Of a DNA stretch of 64,000 nt, positions 1 to 9,771 are shown one piece after another. Source of the stretch: Halarcobacter sp. Its GTDB lineage: Bacteria > Campylobacterota > Campylobacteria > Campylobacterales > Arcobacteraceae. Every line of letters starts with the position of its first letter. Within the stretch, counting starts at the first letter, position 1. Under the pieces are notes generated by a model, which saw only the letters and a program-made list of their open reading frames with translations, was not told where the DNA came from and did no database searches. The stretch spans positions 1,344,001-1,408,000 of the forward strand of contig CP182352.1 in assembly GCA_048571215.1 (NCBI GenBank). Direction: 5' to 3'. Position numbers and translations under genes: made by a program.

Positions 1-599
1 CTATAATGGTTGCTATAGTTGATACTGCTGTTGCACTAGTTGCAGGAGTAATCATCTTCTCTTTCCTATTTGCAGCAGGTGCAAAAAGTACAGCAGGACC
101 TGGTCTTGTATTTATATCATTGCCATTAATATTTGGTGGATGGGGAATATTTGGGCAAATTGTTGCTTTGGCTTTTTTTGTAGCTTTATTATTTGCAGGT
201 ATTACATCAGCAGTATCACTACTAGAACCACCATTAATGTATTTAATGGAAACATATAAAATAACAAGAAAAAAAGCAACTGTAATTGCTGGATCGTTTT
301 TTTATATTTTAGGTATTTTTGCTTTATTATCAATGAGTAAAGATTATGGTTCTTTATTAACTTTCTTTGATAAAAATTTATTTGATTGGTTAGACTATTT
401 GACATCTTCTATAGCTATGCCAATATCAGGATTTATAACTTGTATCTTCTTAGGTTTCTTTACAGATACAAACAGATTAAAACAAATCTTTACAAAATAT
501 GTTCCAGAAACTATATTTAAGATTTGGTTGATTTTAGTAAGATTTATTGTACCTATTGCAATTGTTTTATTGTTTTTAAATAAACTTGGAGTGATTTAA
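1..599 (+). CDS. Sodium-dependent transporter, NSS/SNF family (C-terminal part; 5' end outside the window)
   Basis: Multi-TM protein with AGPGLVFISLP, FFxALLFAGITSAVSLLE and FDWLDYLTS motifs typical of bacterial NSS transporters; frame open to the window edge. Confidence 0.85.
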   Translation, partial: IMVAIVDTAVALVAGVIIFSFLFAAGAKSTAGPGLVFISLPLIFGGWGIFGQIVALAFFVALLFAGITSAVSLLEPPLMYLMETYKITRKKATVIAGSFFYILGIFALLSMSKDYGSLLTFFDKNLFDWLDYLTSSIAMPISGFITCIFLGFFTDTNRLKQIFTKYVPETIFKIWLILVRFIVPIAIVLLFLNKLGVI

Positions 600-602
600 A
601 AA

Positions 603-633
603 AAGAAGTTAGGCTTTTTTAGCCTAGCTTCTT
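603..633. terminator. Probable bidirectional intrinsic terminator between convergent genes
   Basis: Hairpin AAGAAGTTAGGCT-TTTTT-AGCCTAGCTTCTT, A-tract on the left, overlapping the helicase stop. Confidence 0.6.
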
Positions 634-1907
634 CTAAAACTTCTTTTTGCATCTCTTTTTGTTGTTTTTTTAGATTTAGCACCAGTTTTTACAGGTTCTT
701 TAGATCCTGTAGTTTTTCCTTTTTTTTCACTAAGTTTTTTCTTTTTTTGAATTTTTTGTCTTGGTTGTCTATCTTTTAGTGGAAAGTCATCATGTATATA
801 TCTTTTTACACTTAGTTTTAGGTTTCTTTCTATTTTAGTAAAACTATTATAATCTTCAACCGTAAGTATAGTTATAACCTTACCATCATTTCCAGCTCTT
901 CCTGTTCGCCCTACCCTATGGGTAAAATCATCAGTTGATTCGGGTAAAGTATAGTTTATCACTAAAGGTAGTTGTTTTATATCAATACCTCTTGCAGCTA
1001 TATCAGTTGCAATCAGAAGTTTAACTTTTGCACTTTTGAAGTCTTTGATAGCTTGTACCCTATCTTTATACTCAATACCACCATGGATAGTAGCTGTTTT
1101 TATACCTTGGTCTTCAAAATATTTTGATGCTAAATCTGCACTATCTTTTTTGTTTATGAACATTAGTACTTGATTATAACCTGATTCTTTTACCAATGTT
1201 GCTACTAACTCTTTTTTCTTTTTAACATCTACCTTATAAGCTTGATGTTCAATCATCTCAACCTTATCTCTTCTATCATGTATTTGAACTGTAACAGGAT
1301 CTTTTAAAAACTCTTTTGCCAGTTTTCTGATATTTTGTGAGATAGTTGCAGAACACATAATAATTTGTCTATAGGGAGAACATAAAGAAAATATTGTTTC
1401 AATCTCTTTTAAAAATCCCATTTCAAGCATAGTATCTGCTTCATCTAAAACTACAAAGTTTACGCTACTTAAATCTATAGTTTCTTGTTCATCTAAATCA
1501 AGTAATCTTCCAGGCGTTGCAACAACTATATCAATACCAGTTGCTAATACCTCTTCTTGTTTACTTTTAGATACTCCACCCATTACTTTTGTATGTTTTA
1601 CTTTTAAGAATCTTCCTAGTTCTGAAAGATTTTTTGATACTTGCTCTACAAGTTCCCTTGTGGGTACAATAATTAAACCTCTTAAAACTCTATGTTTATA
1701 GTTTAAATTACCATTTATTTTATGTAACATTGGCAAGATATATGCTGCAGTTTTTCCTGTACCAGACTTTGATGCTGCTATTACATCAATCTTTTTATTA
1801 ACTATTGGTATAACTTTTCTTTGAATAGCAGTTGGTGTAGTGTAGTTTAATTCTTCAATCGCTTTTAGTATTGGTTCACTTAAGCTTAATTCTTCGAACT
1901 TATTGAT
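624..1907 (-). CDS. DEAD-box ATP-dependent RNA helicase (RhlE/CshA-like); probable non-canonical ATC start at 1907
   Basis: PTRELV, TPGRL, DEAD, SAT and HRVGRTGRAG motifs, basic C-terminal tail. Q motif (FEELSL..PTAIQ) and Walker A (SGTGKT) are in frame upstream of the ORF-track TTG at 1736. AAGGA lies 6 nt before ATC 1907. Confidence 0.9.
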   Translation of the reverse strand: MNKFEELSLSEPILKAIEELNYTTPTAIQRKVIPIVNKKIDVIAASKSGTGKTAAYILPMLHKINGNLNYKHRVLRGLIIVPTRELVEQVSKNLSELGRFLKVKHTKVMGGVSKSKQEEVLATGIDIVVATPGRLLDLDEQETIDLSSVNFVVLDEADTMLEMGFLKEIETIFSLCSPYRQIIMCSATISQNIRKLAKEFLKDPVTVQIHDRRDKVEMIEHQAYKVDVKKKKELVATLVKESGYNQVLMFINKKDSADLASKYFEDQGIKTATIHGGIEYKDRVQAIKDFKSAKVKLLIATDIAARGIDIKQLPLVINYTLPESTDDFTHRVGRTGRAGNDGKVITILTVEDYNSFTKIERNLKLSVKRYIHDDFPLKDRQPRQKIQKKKKLSEKKGKTTGSKEPVKTGAKSKKTTKRDAKRSFRRS

Positions 1908-1918
1908 AATATTTCCTT

Positions 1919-2245
1919 TTAAAATATACCTGACATGATCTCATCGTCAAGGTATGCATCTATTTTTTCAATTAATTTTTCATAAGGTATTTTACCATTT
2001 TTATTAAATAGTACAATCTCTTCTCCAAAATCATCTCTTATATAATTTTCTTCTTTTTTAACTTTTTCATAAAGTTTTTTTATATCATCAGCTGAATCTA
2101 TTGCATTATACAAAAACCAGTTTGCTGTAGTTTCATCAACTCTTATTAGTCCATATGTCTTTTCATCGTCAATATAGTCTTGTATTGTTCCATTTTCAAA
2201 CCTAGCACCTACAACTAAATCATTTTCATTTAAAATCATTTCCAT
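1919..2245 (-). CDS. Hypothetical acidic protein
   Basis: 108-aa ORF with AAGGG-like RBS, directly upstream of the helicase on the same strand. Confidence 0.7.
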   Translation of the reverse strand: MEMILNENDLVVGARFENGTIQDYIDDEKTYGLIRVDETTANWFLYNAIDSADDIKKLYEKVKKEENYIRDDFGEEIVLFNKNGKIPYEKLIEKIDAYLDDEIMSGIF

Positions 2246-2317
2246 TAAAAACCCTTTTGATTGCGCAATAATAGCAAGATTTTAATTAAAGGTAAAAAAT
2301 TATAGAATACTAACTAT

Positions 2318-3472
2318 ATGAAAAAAGCAATTTTAATCCTAATAATTTTTATATTTACAGGTTGTACTGTTCAAGATGCATACAATATAACAACAGCAGC
2401 TATAAACAAAAACCCCTCTTTGGCTTTTAAATCTCTAGCAAAATCAAAAGCAATAAACTATACACTAAATCCAAAAAGATTAATCAGTGATTTAAAATCC
2501 TTATCTTCTCTTATTGAGAATGTTGACATAATTTGGGGTAAAAATAATAGAAAAGTTCCTAAACAAAAAGAGTATGTTAAATATATGCAAAACTACAAAA
2601 GTAGAGCTTATATTGATTTTGATAGTGGTATAGTTACCGTTGAAACAATAGATGAAAAAAATATTTTAAAAAGTTTGCAAAATGCAATTGTGACAACTTT
2701 ACTTTTGCCTGATGATCCAAGAGCTTTTGACCTTTTTGGCTCAAGCGAAGTAAAACTTGGTAAAACTCCATATTTATACAATGAAGTTAAAGATGATCAA
2801 AATAAAGCAATAAGATATGAATGGCGAGCAAATAGATACGCAAAGATTTTAATCTAAAAAAATCTAAAAAAAAGAGTTATAAAAAATAAAAATAAAACTA
2901 TAAATATATCTTACGTAAAGATACCTATGGTTAAAGATCATGCCTCAATAAGAGTTGCAAAGTTTAAACCTTTTGTTAAAAAGTTTGCAAAAACTTATAA
3001 TATAAGTGAAAATCTAATCTATGCAATAATAAGAACAGAAAGTAATTTTAATCAATTTGCCATAAGTAACGCAGGAGCTATTGGTTTGATGCAAATAGTG
3101 CCAACAAGTGCTGGAAGAGATGCTTATAGATATGCGAAAGGAAAAAGTTGGACCCCAAGTAGTTCCTATCTTTTTGATGCAAATAACAATATAGAATTAG
3201 GGGTAGCCTATTTAAAACTTTTAAACTCAAAATATCTTTATGGTATACATAATGATGTATCAAAAGAGTACTGTGTAATTAGCGCCTATAATACAGGGAG
3301 TTCAAATGTTTTAAAAACATTTTCATCAAATAGGTATAAAGCTATATCTTCAATAAACAAAAAAACTCCAGCCCAAGTTTATCAAAGATTGAGAAACAGT
3401 TTACCATATGTAGAAACTAGAAGATATTTAAAAAAAGTGTTAACTTATAAAAAAGATTTTGTAAAATTATAA
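2318..3472 (+). pseudogene. mltC: Membrane-bound lytic murein transglycosylase C (DUF3393 + SLT), interrupted by one in-frame TAA at 2855-2857
   Basis: Lipobox FTGC, YVKY..NYKSRA.IDFD.G and TTLLLPDDP in 2318-2857; SLT motifs IRTESNFN, GLMQ, SAYNTG, ETRRYL in 2927-3472; both ORFs share a frame and the 69 nt between them are open. Confidence 0.8.
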
Positions 3473-3548
3473 GAAATTTATAACTTATAGACTTATTTTT
3501 AATCTTATTTAAATATAATATAAATATATTAAATTTTAGAGGTTATAA

Positions 3549-4718
3549 ATGATTAAGTTTCAATTTACAGGTTCAGCAATTGAGTATTTTAAAATTTGGA
3601 TTGTAAATACACTTTTGACGATAGTTACATTTGGTATTTATTACCCTTGGGCAAAGGTTAGAAACAATCGATATCTTTATGCAAACAGTATTTTAGATGG
3701 TAAAAATTTTGAGTATCATGCAACGGGGAAACAGCTTTTTATCGGTTATTTGATAGCTGCATCAATGTTTATACTCTATAATATATTAAATAGTTTATTT
3801 CCTATATTAAATATATTTTTTGTACTGCTGTTTTTTATAGTATTACCTTGGCTTATGTTAAAAGCTATGAAATTCAATCTTTTTGTTACAAGTTTCAATA
3901 ACATAAGATTTGATTTTGAAGGGGAATTAAAAGAATCTTATCTCGTATTTTTGCTTTTACCATTTATTGGATTTATTATTTGTACTTTACCTTTTATATT
4001 ACTTGGTTTCTTTCGTGGTTCAGGGATTTGGTTTATAATCGCTTTTTTATTTACTATAGCTTTATATATACTTGTATTTTCATATTTTAATGTAGTAAAA
4101 AATAGATTTTTTATAGATTTTACTAAATATGGAAAAACAAATTTTGATACCACTTTAGATACTCCTGAATTTATAAAAATAGTTTTTAAAACTGTTAGCT
4201 TAGGATTATTTAGCTTTCTACTTAGTTGTATAATTGTTTCAGCACTTTATTATATTTTTGGAGATATGGAAAAGTTTAATTTTATAATTTCTTTATTTAA
4301 ATCAGATCCCAAAAATGCAATGCTTATGATGTTTCAGCTTTTGTCTGCCTTTTTAGTAGTGTTTTATATCTTTTTTATATTTACTAGTATAATTGTATAT
4401 GCCTACTATAATGTAAAAAAAAGAGAATATTTATTTGCAAATACTACTTTTGACAAAAAAATAAGTTTTGAATCAACTATGAAGTTTTTACCATATGCAT
4501 ATATTTTGATTACTAATTTTTTACTAACAATTGTTACTTTAGGTTTTGCTTATCCTTTAGCAAAGGTTAGAGTTACAAGATATACTTTAGAAAATAGTAT
4601 TATAAATATAAAAAAAGATGATTTTAGTAACTATTATTCCTCTAACCTATCGTCACAATCAGCTATAGCAGATCAAGTTAGCGATGTCTTTGATGTGGGA
4701 ATTGGGATACCTTTTTAA
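3549..4718 (+). CDS. YjgN/DUF898 family inner membrane protein
   Basis: FTGSAIEYFKIWIVNTLLTIVTFGIYYPWAKVR signature and internal repeat NFLLTIVTLGFAYPLAKVR. Confidence 0.85.
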   Translation: MIKFQFTGSAIEYFKIWIVNTLLTIVTFGIYYPWAKVRNNRYLYANSILDGKNFEYHATGKQLFIGYLIAASMFILYNILNSLFPILNIFFVLLFFIVLPWLMLKAMKFNLFVTSFNNIRFDFEGELKESYLVFLLLPFIGFIICTLPFILLGFFRGSGIWFIIAFLFTIALYILVFSYFNVVKNRFFIDFTKYGKTNFDTTLDTPEFIKIVFKTVSLGLFSFLLSCIIVSALYYIFGDMEKFNFIISLFKSDPKNAMLMMFQLLSAFLVVFYIFFIFTSIIVYAYYNVKKREYLFANTTFDKKISFESTMKFLPYAYILITNFLLTIVTLGFAYPLAKVRVTRYTLENSIINIKKDDFSNYYSSNLSSQSAIADQVSDVFDVGIGIPF

Positions 4719-4720
4719 TC

Positions 4721-5773
4721 ATGATAAAAGGTTTTTTATACGAAAAATACAGTTCTTCTTCCATTGAAGTATTATTAGAAGTAGATGATAGTAGCTATTT
4801 AATCAAAAATGGAAAAGAAATCATAACTTCAGGGAGTATATCAAATCTTGTAATTAGCTCTAGATTAGGTAATGTACAAAGGAAAATAACTTTAGAGGAT
4901 GGAAGACTTTTTAGTACAGAAGAGAATGATTTGGTTGATGACTTACTTTTGGACAAAAACAGTTTATTGCATAAGTTAGAATCAAACTTACTTTTGATTT
5001 TTTTCTCACTAATTTTTTCTATAGCTATTGGGTACTCTTTTATAGTTTATGGTATCCCCTATTCAAGTAAAAAAATTGCATTTGCACTCCCTGTAGACTT
5101 AAATAAAAGTATTTCAAACACACTTTTAAAGACCTTAGATGAGAATTTTTTACATCAATCATTTCTAGATGAGGCTAAAAAAAATAAAATAAAAGATTTA
5201 TTTGAAAAAAAAGTTTTAAAAAATATAAATAATGAAGAGAATTTTGATTATAAAATACATTTTAGAAATATAATAATTTCAAATAAAAGTATTGCCAATG
5301 CCTTTGCTTTACCAAATGGAGATATTATATTAAGTGATGCTTTTATAAAACTTGCGAAGAATGAAGAGGAGATTGAAGCAGTTATATACCATGAAATTGG
5401 TCATATAAAAAATAGACATACCCTACAAAGTATAATTCAAAGGAGTTTTGTAGCTTTTATTGGGATGTATTTAACAGGTGATGTAAGTATGTCTTCTGAT
5501 TTGATTCTTGGTTTTGGAACATTGTTTATAAATACAAGTTACTCAAGGGAACATGAACAAGAATCAGATATTTATGCTCTAAATAAGATGTTACAAATAG
5601 GTATAAATCCAAAATACCTAGCTGATATATTAAGCAAGTTATCAAAAAATGATAAAAAGGAAAAAAAACCATTTCTTGATTTATTTTCTACTCATCCAAC
5701 AACAAAACAAAGAGTTAAACTAATAAATAAATATACCTATTGTTATAATAAAAAGATTTATCCTTGTAAATAA
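4721..5773 (+). CDS. M48 family zinc metallopeptidase
   Basis: ANAFALPNG, HEIGH (HExxH), YSREHEQESD, STHP; usual partner of DUF898. Confidence 0.88.
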   Translation: MIKGFLYEKYSSSSIEVLLEVDDSSYLIKNGKEIITSGSISNLVISSRLGNVQRKITLEDGRLFSTEENDLVDDLLLDKNSLLHKLESNLLLIFFSLIFSIAIGYSFIVYGIPYSSKKIAFALPVDLNKSISNTLLKTLDENFLHQSFLDEAKKNKIKDLFEKKVLKNINNEENFDYKIHFRNIIISNKSIANAFALPNGDIILSDAFIKLAKNEEEIEAVIYHEIGHIKNRHTLQSIIQRSFVAFIGMYLTGDVSMSSDLILGFGTLFINTSYSREHEQESDIYALNKMLQIGINPKYLADILSKLSKNDKKEKKPFLDLFSTHPTTKQRVKLINKYTYCYNKKIYPCK

Positions 5774-5777
5774 AATC

Positions 5778-6839
5778 CTATTGCCCGCATAATACTGTTG
5801 CTTGAAACTCTTCAAATCTTTTTTCTTGAATAAGAAGTTTTTCTTCTAAAATAGCATTTCTTTTTTTCATATCATACAATTCAAATAAAAGTTTTTGAGC
5901 ATTATTTACATTTTCATCCACTTGTAATTGTAATCTTTGTGCCAATTTTGTGTAGTGACAATTGTCTTTTCTCAATTCAGAGTTTGTTTTAAAGTTTTGA
6001 CTTTTTAGTAAAAGAATATGTTTTTTTAGTGCTAAAATCTCATTTTCATATTTTGATATCAAAGTAGAAAACTCAATATATTTTTTTATTTTTCCATTAT
6101 TATAAAAAATTGGTAAAATTGTTGAATGAGTATAATAAAAAGTACCATTTTTAGAAATTTTTTTGCTTAAACCTACCCAGGATTTACCATTTTTTAACAA
6201 TTGCTTTATTTTTATAATAGGTATTTCACTATTACTGTGTAATAACTCATCATAAAACTCTTTTCCAATTAGATCATCTAACATAAAGCCTGAATTCGCC
6301 AAAAAAGAATCATTTGCAGTAGTGATATTAAAGTTTAAATCAAGCTCACAAATGATGTTATAAGAGTCTAAAATAGACATAAACTGTCTTAACTCATTGT
6401 TTTTTACTGCTAATTCTTTTTTTTGTAATTTTTTTTGCATTATTTTAGAGATGATTTTTAATGTTGTATTTAATTGAATAGGTTTTACTATATAGTTTGA
6501 GATATTAAATTTAATAGCTTTTAATAGTATATCCATATCACTAAAGGAGGATGAGATTAAAATAGGTATTTCCCAATCTAGTTTCCTAACTACAGAAAGT
6601 ATTTCTATACAACTTTCATCAGCTAAATCTATGCTTGTTAAAATAACATCAATATCAACCCTATTTTCAACAAAACTTTTTATAGCTTCTTCTGAACTAT
6701 TTACAGCAATAACTTTTTTAAAAAAACCTGTAAAAATCTCATAAGCTTCTTGTCGAACTTTATTGTCATCCTCAATAAATAATATAGTTGCTTCATTTAA
6801 ATAATTTTTATTAAAAGTACATACTAATGGATTAGACAC
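5778..6839 (-). CDS. Receiver-like + PAS + coiled-coil regulator without a recognisable output domain
   Basis: ILFIEDD and YIVKP receiver motifs; PAS/PAC segment (ANDSF..SGF..DDLIGK..W.G..KNG..YY..TI.PI); phospho-Asp position appears to be Ser. Confidence 0.75.
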   Translation of the reverse strand: MSNPLVCTFNKNYLNEATILFIEDDNKVRQEAYEIFTGFFKKVIAVNSSEEAIKSFVENRVDIDVILTSIDLADESCIEILSVVRKLDWEIPILISSSFSDMDILLKAIKFNISNYIVKPIQLNTTLKIISKIMQKKLQKKELAVKNNELRQFMSILDSYNIICELDLNFNITTANDSFLANSGFMLDDLIGKEFYDELLHSNSEIPIIKIKQLLKNGKSWVGLSKKISKNGTFYYTHSTILPIFYNNGKIKKYIEFSTLISKYENEILALKKHILLLKSQNFKTNSELRKDNCHYTKLAQRLQLQVDENVNNAQKLLFELYDMKKRNAILEEKLLIQEKRFEEFQATVLCGQ

Positions 6840-6988
6840 GATATACTCCTACTTTTTTAAATATTAAATTATATATAAGACATAAAATAATTTTAATATT
6901 TAATTATAGTATAAGTTTAATAATTTTTTATTAAGTTTAGCTAAAATATAAAAATTCATTTGTATATTATTTATACTTTTTATAAAAA

Positions 6989-8425
6989 TTATTTTAAAGC
7001 TTCAAGTGTTTTATATTCATCTAGTGCAAAATCATCTGTCATACCACTAATATAATCAATTATTAGTCTACATCTATAATACCACTCTTCTATAACATAT
7101 CTATTTAAATTATTTTTAGATATTTTTCCCACTGCTTGCTTATATGCAACTATATGTTTAGAAGAGAGTCGTTTTATAAGCCTTTGGGAAACATAACAAT
7201 CAATTCTTTGATCATTTACCAATTTTTCAAACTCTTTAAAATCTAATTTTAAAAGTGCTGAATATATATTTAATAAAGATGTTAAGATTTTATGCCCTTT
7301 TAGCTCCAAGGTTTGAATATCTTTATTATTATAAATATATTTTATAGAGATAGCTTGAAGTATATTTACAGCTTTTGTATATTTGCTATTTTTATCATAT
7401 TCTAAAAGTGCATTATTAAAGTTACCATCAAATATATCTTGGTGATTTTCTATATATATTTTACTTACATGTTCAACTAAGGCATGGGTTAATTTAGCAC
7501 GAGTGAGAGTTAAAAAAAGATTAAACTGATATGGTTCATCCTCTTTTTCTTTTGCTTTTTTGTAAAACCCTTCTATTAAATCAAATAGATAGGTATCTTC
7601 TGTTTTTTCACACTCTTGTTTTATTAGTTTATATATATCCTCAAAACTAAGAATTCCTTTATCAACGGCATCTTCCATATCTGCATTTAAATAAGAGATA
7701 TCATCCGCTGCTTCCATAATATATGTTATTGGAAATCTACAATACTCTTTTATATCTAAACTATTTAAAACCTCTTTTACTAAATCTTTTTCACTATAAT
7801 AAAATCCCGGCTTTTTCTTTAGATAATAAAGCTCTTCATCTTTTTTAGGTTTCTGTTCATATGCCCCTCTTGTATATTTGATAACAGAAGCTATTTGAGA
7901 ATAAGAGAGATTTAGCCTTTGAAGTTTTGTTATAACCCTTATAGCTTGTGCATTTCCATCAAAAGAAGACAGATCTTTTAAAAGCATATTTTTAAAATCT
8001 AAGTTGTCACTTTCAACTTCCACACAAGCTTCAAATATCTCAAACCCTTTTGTTTTCATCCAATCATTAATTGCAACCTCTGCAAAATGTCCAAAGGGTG
8101 GGTTTCCAATATCATGTAAAAAGCTTGTCATCTCTGCTATAGAAATAAATGGTTCATTCAATTTATCTAGACCATGCTTTCCATCCACTTTCTTTAGCAC
8201 GGTTTTAGCAATAAACCTTGCTGTTTGAGAAACCTCCAAAGAATGGGTAAGTCTACTTCTAACAGCTGCATTTAACTCTAAAGGAAACACTTGGGTCTTT
8301 TTTTGAAGTCTTCTTAGTGCTGGTGCAGAAAGTATCCTACCCCTATCACTTTCACATGATATATCAATATCATTTATTGGATACAACTCTCTGTGGTTTG
8401 TAATTTTTTTATTGTAATCTATCAT
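6989..8425 (-). CDS. dgt: Deoxyguanosinetriphosphate triphosphohydrolase (dGTPase)
   Basis: RRLQKKTQVFP, RSRLTHSLEV, HDIGNPPFGH, GNAQ, EAADDISY, DYISGMTD. Confidence 0.93.
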   Translation of the reverse strand: MIDYNKKITNHRELYPINDIDISCESDRGRILSAPALRRLQKKTQVFPLELNAAVRSRLTHSLEVSQTARFIAKTVLKKVDGKHGLDKLNEPFISIAEMTSFLHDIGNPPFGHFAEVAINDWMKTKGFEIFEACVEVESDNLDFKNMLLKDLSSFDGNAQAIRVITKLQRLNLSYSQIASVIKYTRGAYEQKPKKDEELYYLKKKPGFYYSEKDLVKEVLNSLDIKEYCRFPITYIMEAADDISYLNADMEDAVDKGILSFEDIYKLIKQECEKTEDTYLFDLIEGFYKKAKEKEDEPYQFNLFLTLTRAKLTHALVEHVSKIYIENHQDIFDGNFNNALLEYDKNSKYTKAVNILQAISIKYIYNNKDIQTLELKGHKILTSLLNIYSALLKLDFKEFEKLVNDQRIDCYVSQRLIKRLSSKHIVAYKQAVGKISKNNLNRYVIEEWYYRCRLIIDYISGMTDDFALDEYKTLEALK

Positions 8426-8477
8426 AGTATTAAATCTTTAATTTTTTTGTATTGTATTGTATTGAAAACTCTTTTAA

Positions 8478-9716
8478 TCATAAATATAAATGGATATTAA
8501 AAAGAACAAATAGTATATTTAACAATAAAAATGCTCTTTTATCAACAATACTAAGAAGTGAAACACTTATATAGAGTATAAAAAAGTAAAAAGGTGTAAT
8601 ATACTCAAAACTAGAGATATTATAAGAAAAGAATTCCAATATAATCTTATCCAATAAATCCCCATATGAAATAAGATGTAAAAAAAGTTCCAAAGGGTAA
8701 AATAAAACAAAAACAAGCGTAAGTATAGGTGAAAGAAGTTGTTCATATGCTGTATTGTAGAAAAAATAATGAACGATTGGATTAAATGCTAAAAATATCC
8801 AAAAATTGAAAAATAGTATAGAGATAATTTTTGGTATATTTTTAAAATATTGAACATATAAAAATATATAAAAAACTGCAATAATAGAAAACCAAAAAGA
8901 TAGTGAGAATAGATATGCTGGAAAAAAAGAGATAATTAATACAAAAGTCAATAATAGATTTCCATAAGATATAAGCTTGATATTTGACCTAAGAAAATAT
9001 ATTGCTAAAATAGACATAACAAAAGCTCTAAAAAGTGAGGGAATCAAATCTAAAAATATTAAATAAGAAAAAAGAAAAATACAAGTTAATAATACAATAT
9101 CAAATTTTCTATTTCTATAGGGGAAAAACTTACTATGAAAATAACTATATGGAAGATATAATAAGATATAAACAATAAAAGATATAAGCCCTAAATGAAA
9201 GCCTGAAATGGCTATTAGGTGACTTATTGCATAGTTTGAAAAAATCTCTCTAAGGTTTTTTGAAACAGGTATAGCTAAAAACAGGGCATTGAAAAACTCT
9301 TTTATAGTAGCATCTTTATGGCTTTTGTTAATGTTTTTATAGATTTTAGTTTTTAGTGTATTTTTTGTTGTTATAGTATCTATAAAAATAGATTTCGCAT
9401 AAAAACCTTTTAAATAATCTAAAAATCTGATATTTAAAGTTAAAAAACCTATATTTATATTTTGTAGTTTTGAAATTTTTTTATTTTTTTCAACTGATGT
9501 ATAAAAGGTAAAATCATTGTTTTTTAGTTTTAATACATTAAAACTTCTTTTATCATAAATATTTTCTATCAAAAACTTAGAACTATATATCTCTTCTGAT
9601 TTTAATTTTTTATAATTATTATATTGATAAATAACATTAAAGGTAAATATAATGCTAAGAAGAATAGAAAAAGATATTAACTCTTTTTTTGAAGAAATAA
9701 AAGATATACTTTCCAT
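8478..9716 (-). CDS. comEC: ComEC/Rec2 family competence protein
   Basis: ISHLIAISGFHLG and PSLFRAFVM motifs, multi-TM. Confidence 0.88.
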   Translation of the reverse strand: MESISFISSKKELISFSILLSIIFTFNVIYQYNNYKKLKSEEIYSSKFLIENIYDKRSFNVLKLKNNDFTFYTSVEKNKKISKLQNINIGFLTLNIRFLDYLKGFYAKSIFIDTITTKNTLKTKIYKNINKSHKDATIKEFFNALFLAIPVSKNLREIFSNYAISHLIAISGFHLGLISFIVYILLYLPYSYFHSKFFPYRNRKFDIVLLTCIFLFSYLIFLDLIPSLFRAFVMSILAIYFLRSNIKLISYGNLLLTFVLIISFFPAYLFSLSFWFSIIAVFYIFLYVQYFKNIPKIISILFFNFWIFLAFNPIVHYFFYNTAYEQLLSPILTLVFVLFYPLELFLHLISYGDLLDKIILEFFSYNISSFEYITPFYFFILYISVSLLSIVDKRAFLLLNILFVLFNIHLYL

Positions 9717-9771
9717 AAAAAAGTATATAATTTTTTATATTATTAAAAGCTTATTAAATGATAAAAAATTT

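Noticed and set aside
2855..2857. Selenocysteine or pyrrolysine recoding, or a frameshift, in mltC
   Set aside because: The stop is TAA rather than TGA/TAG, and both halves are in the same frame
6989..8425. dGTPase as an anti-phage defence gene
   Set aside because: Looks like ordinary Dgt in a housekeeping context with no defence neighbours; only a phylogeny could change this
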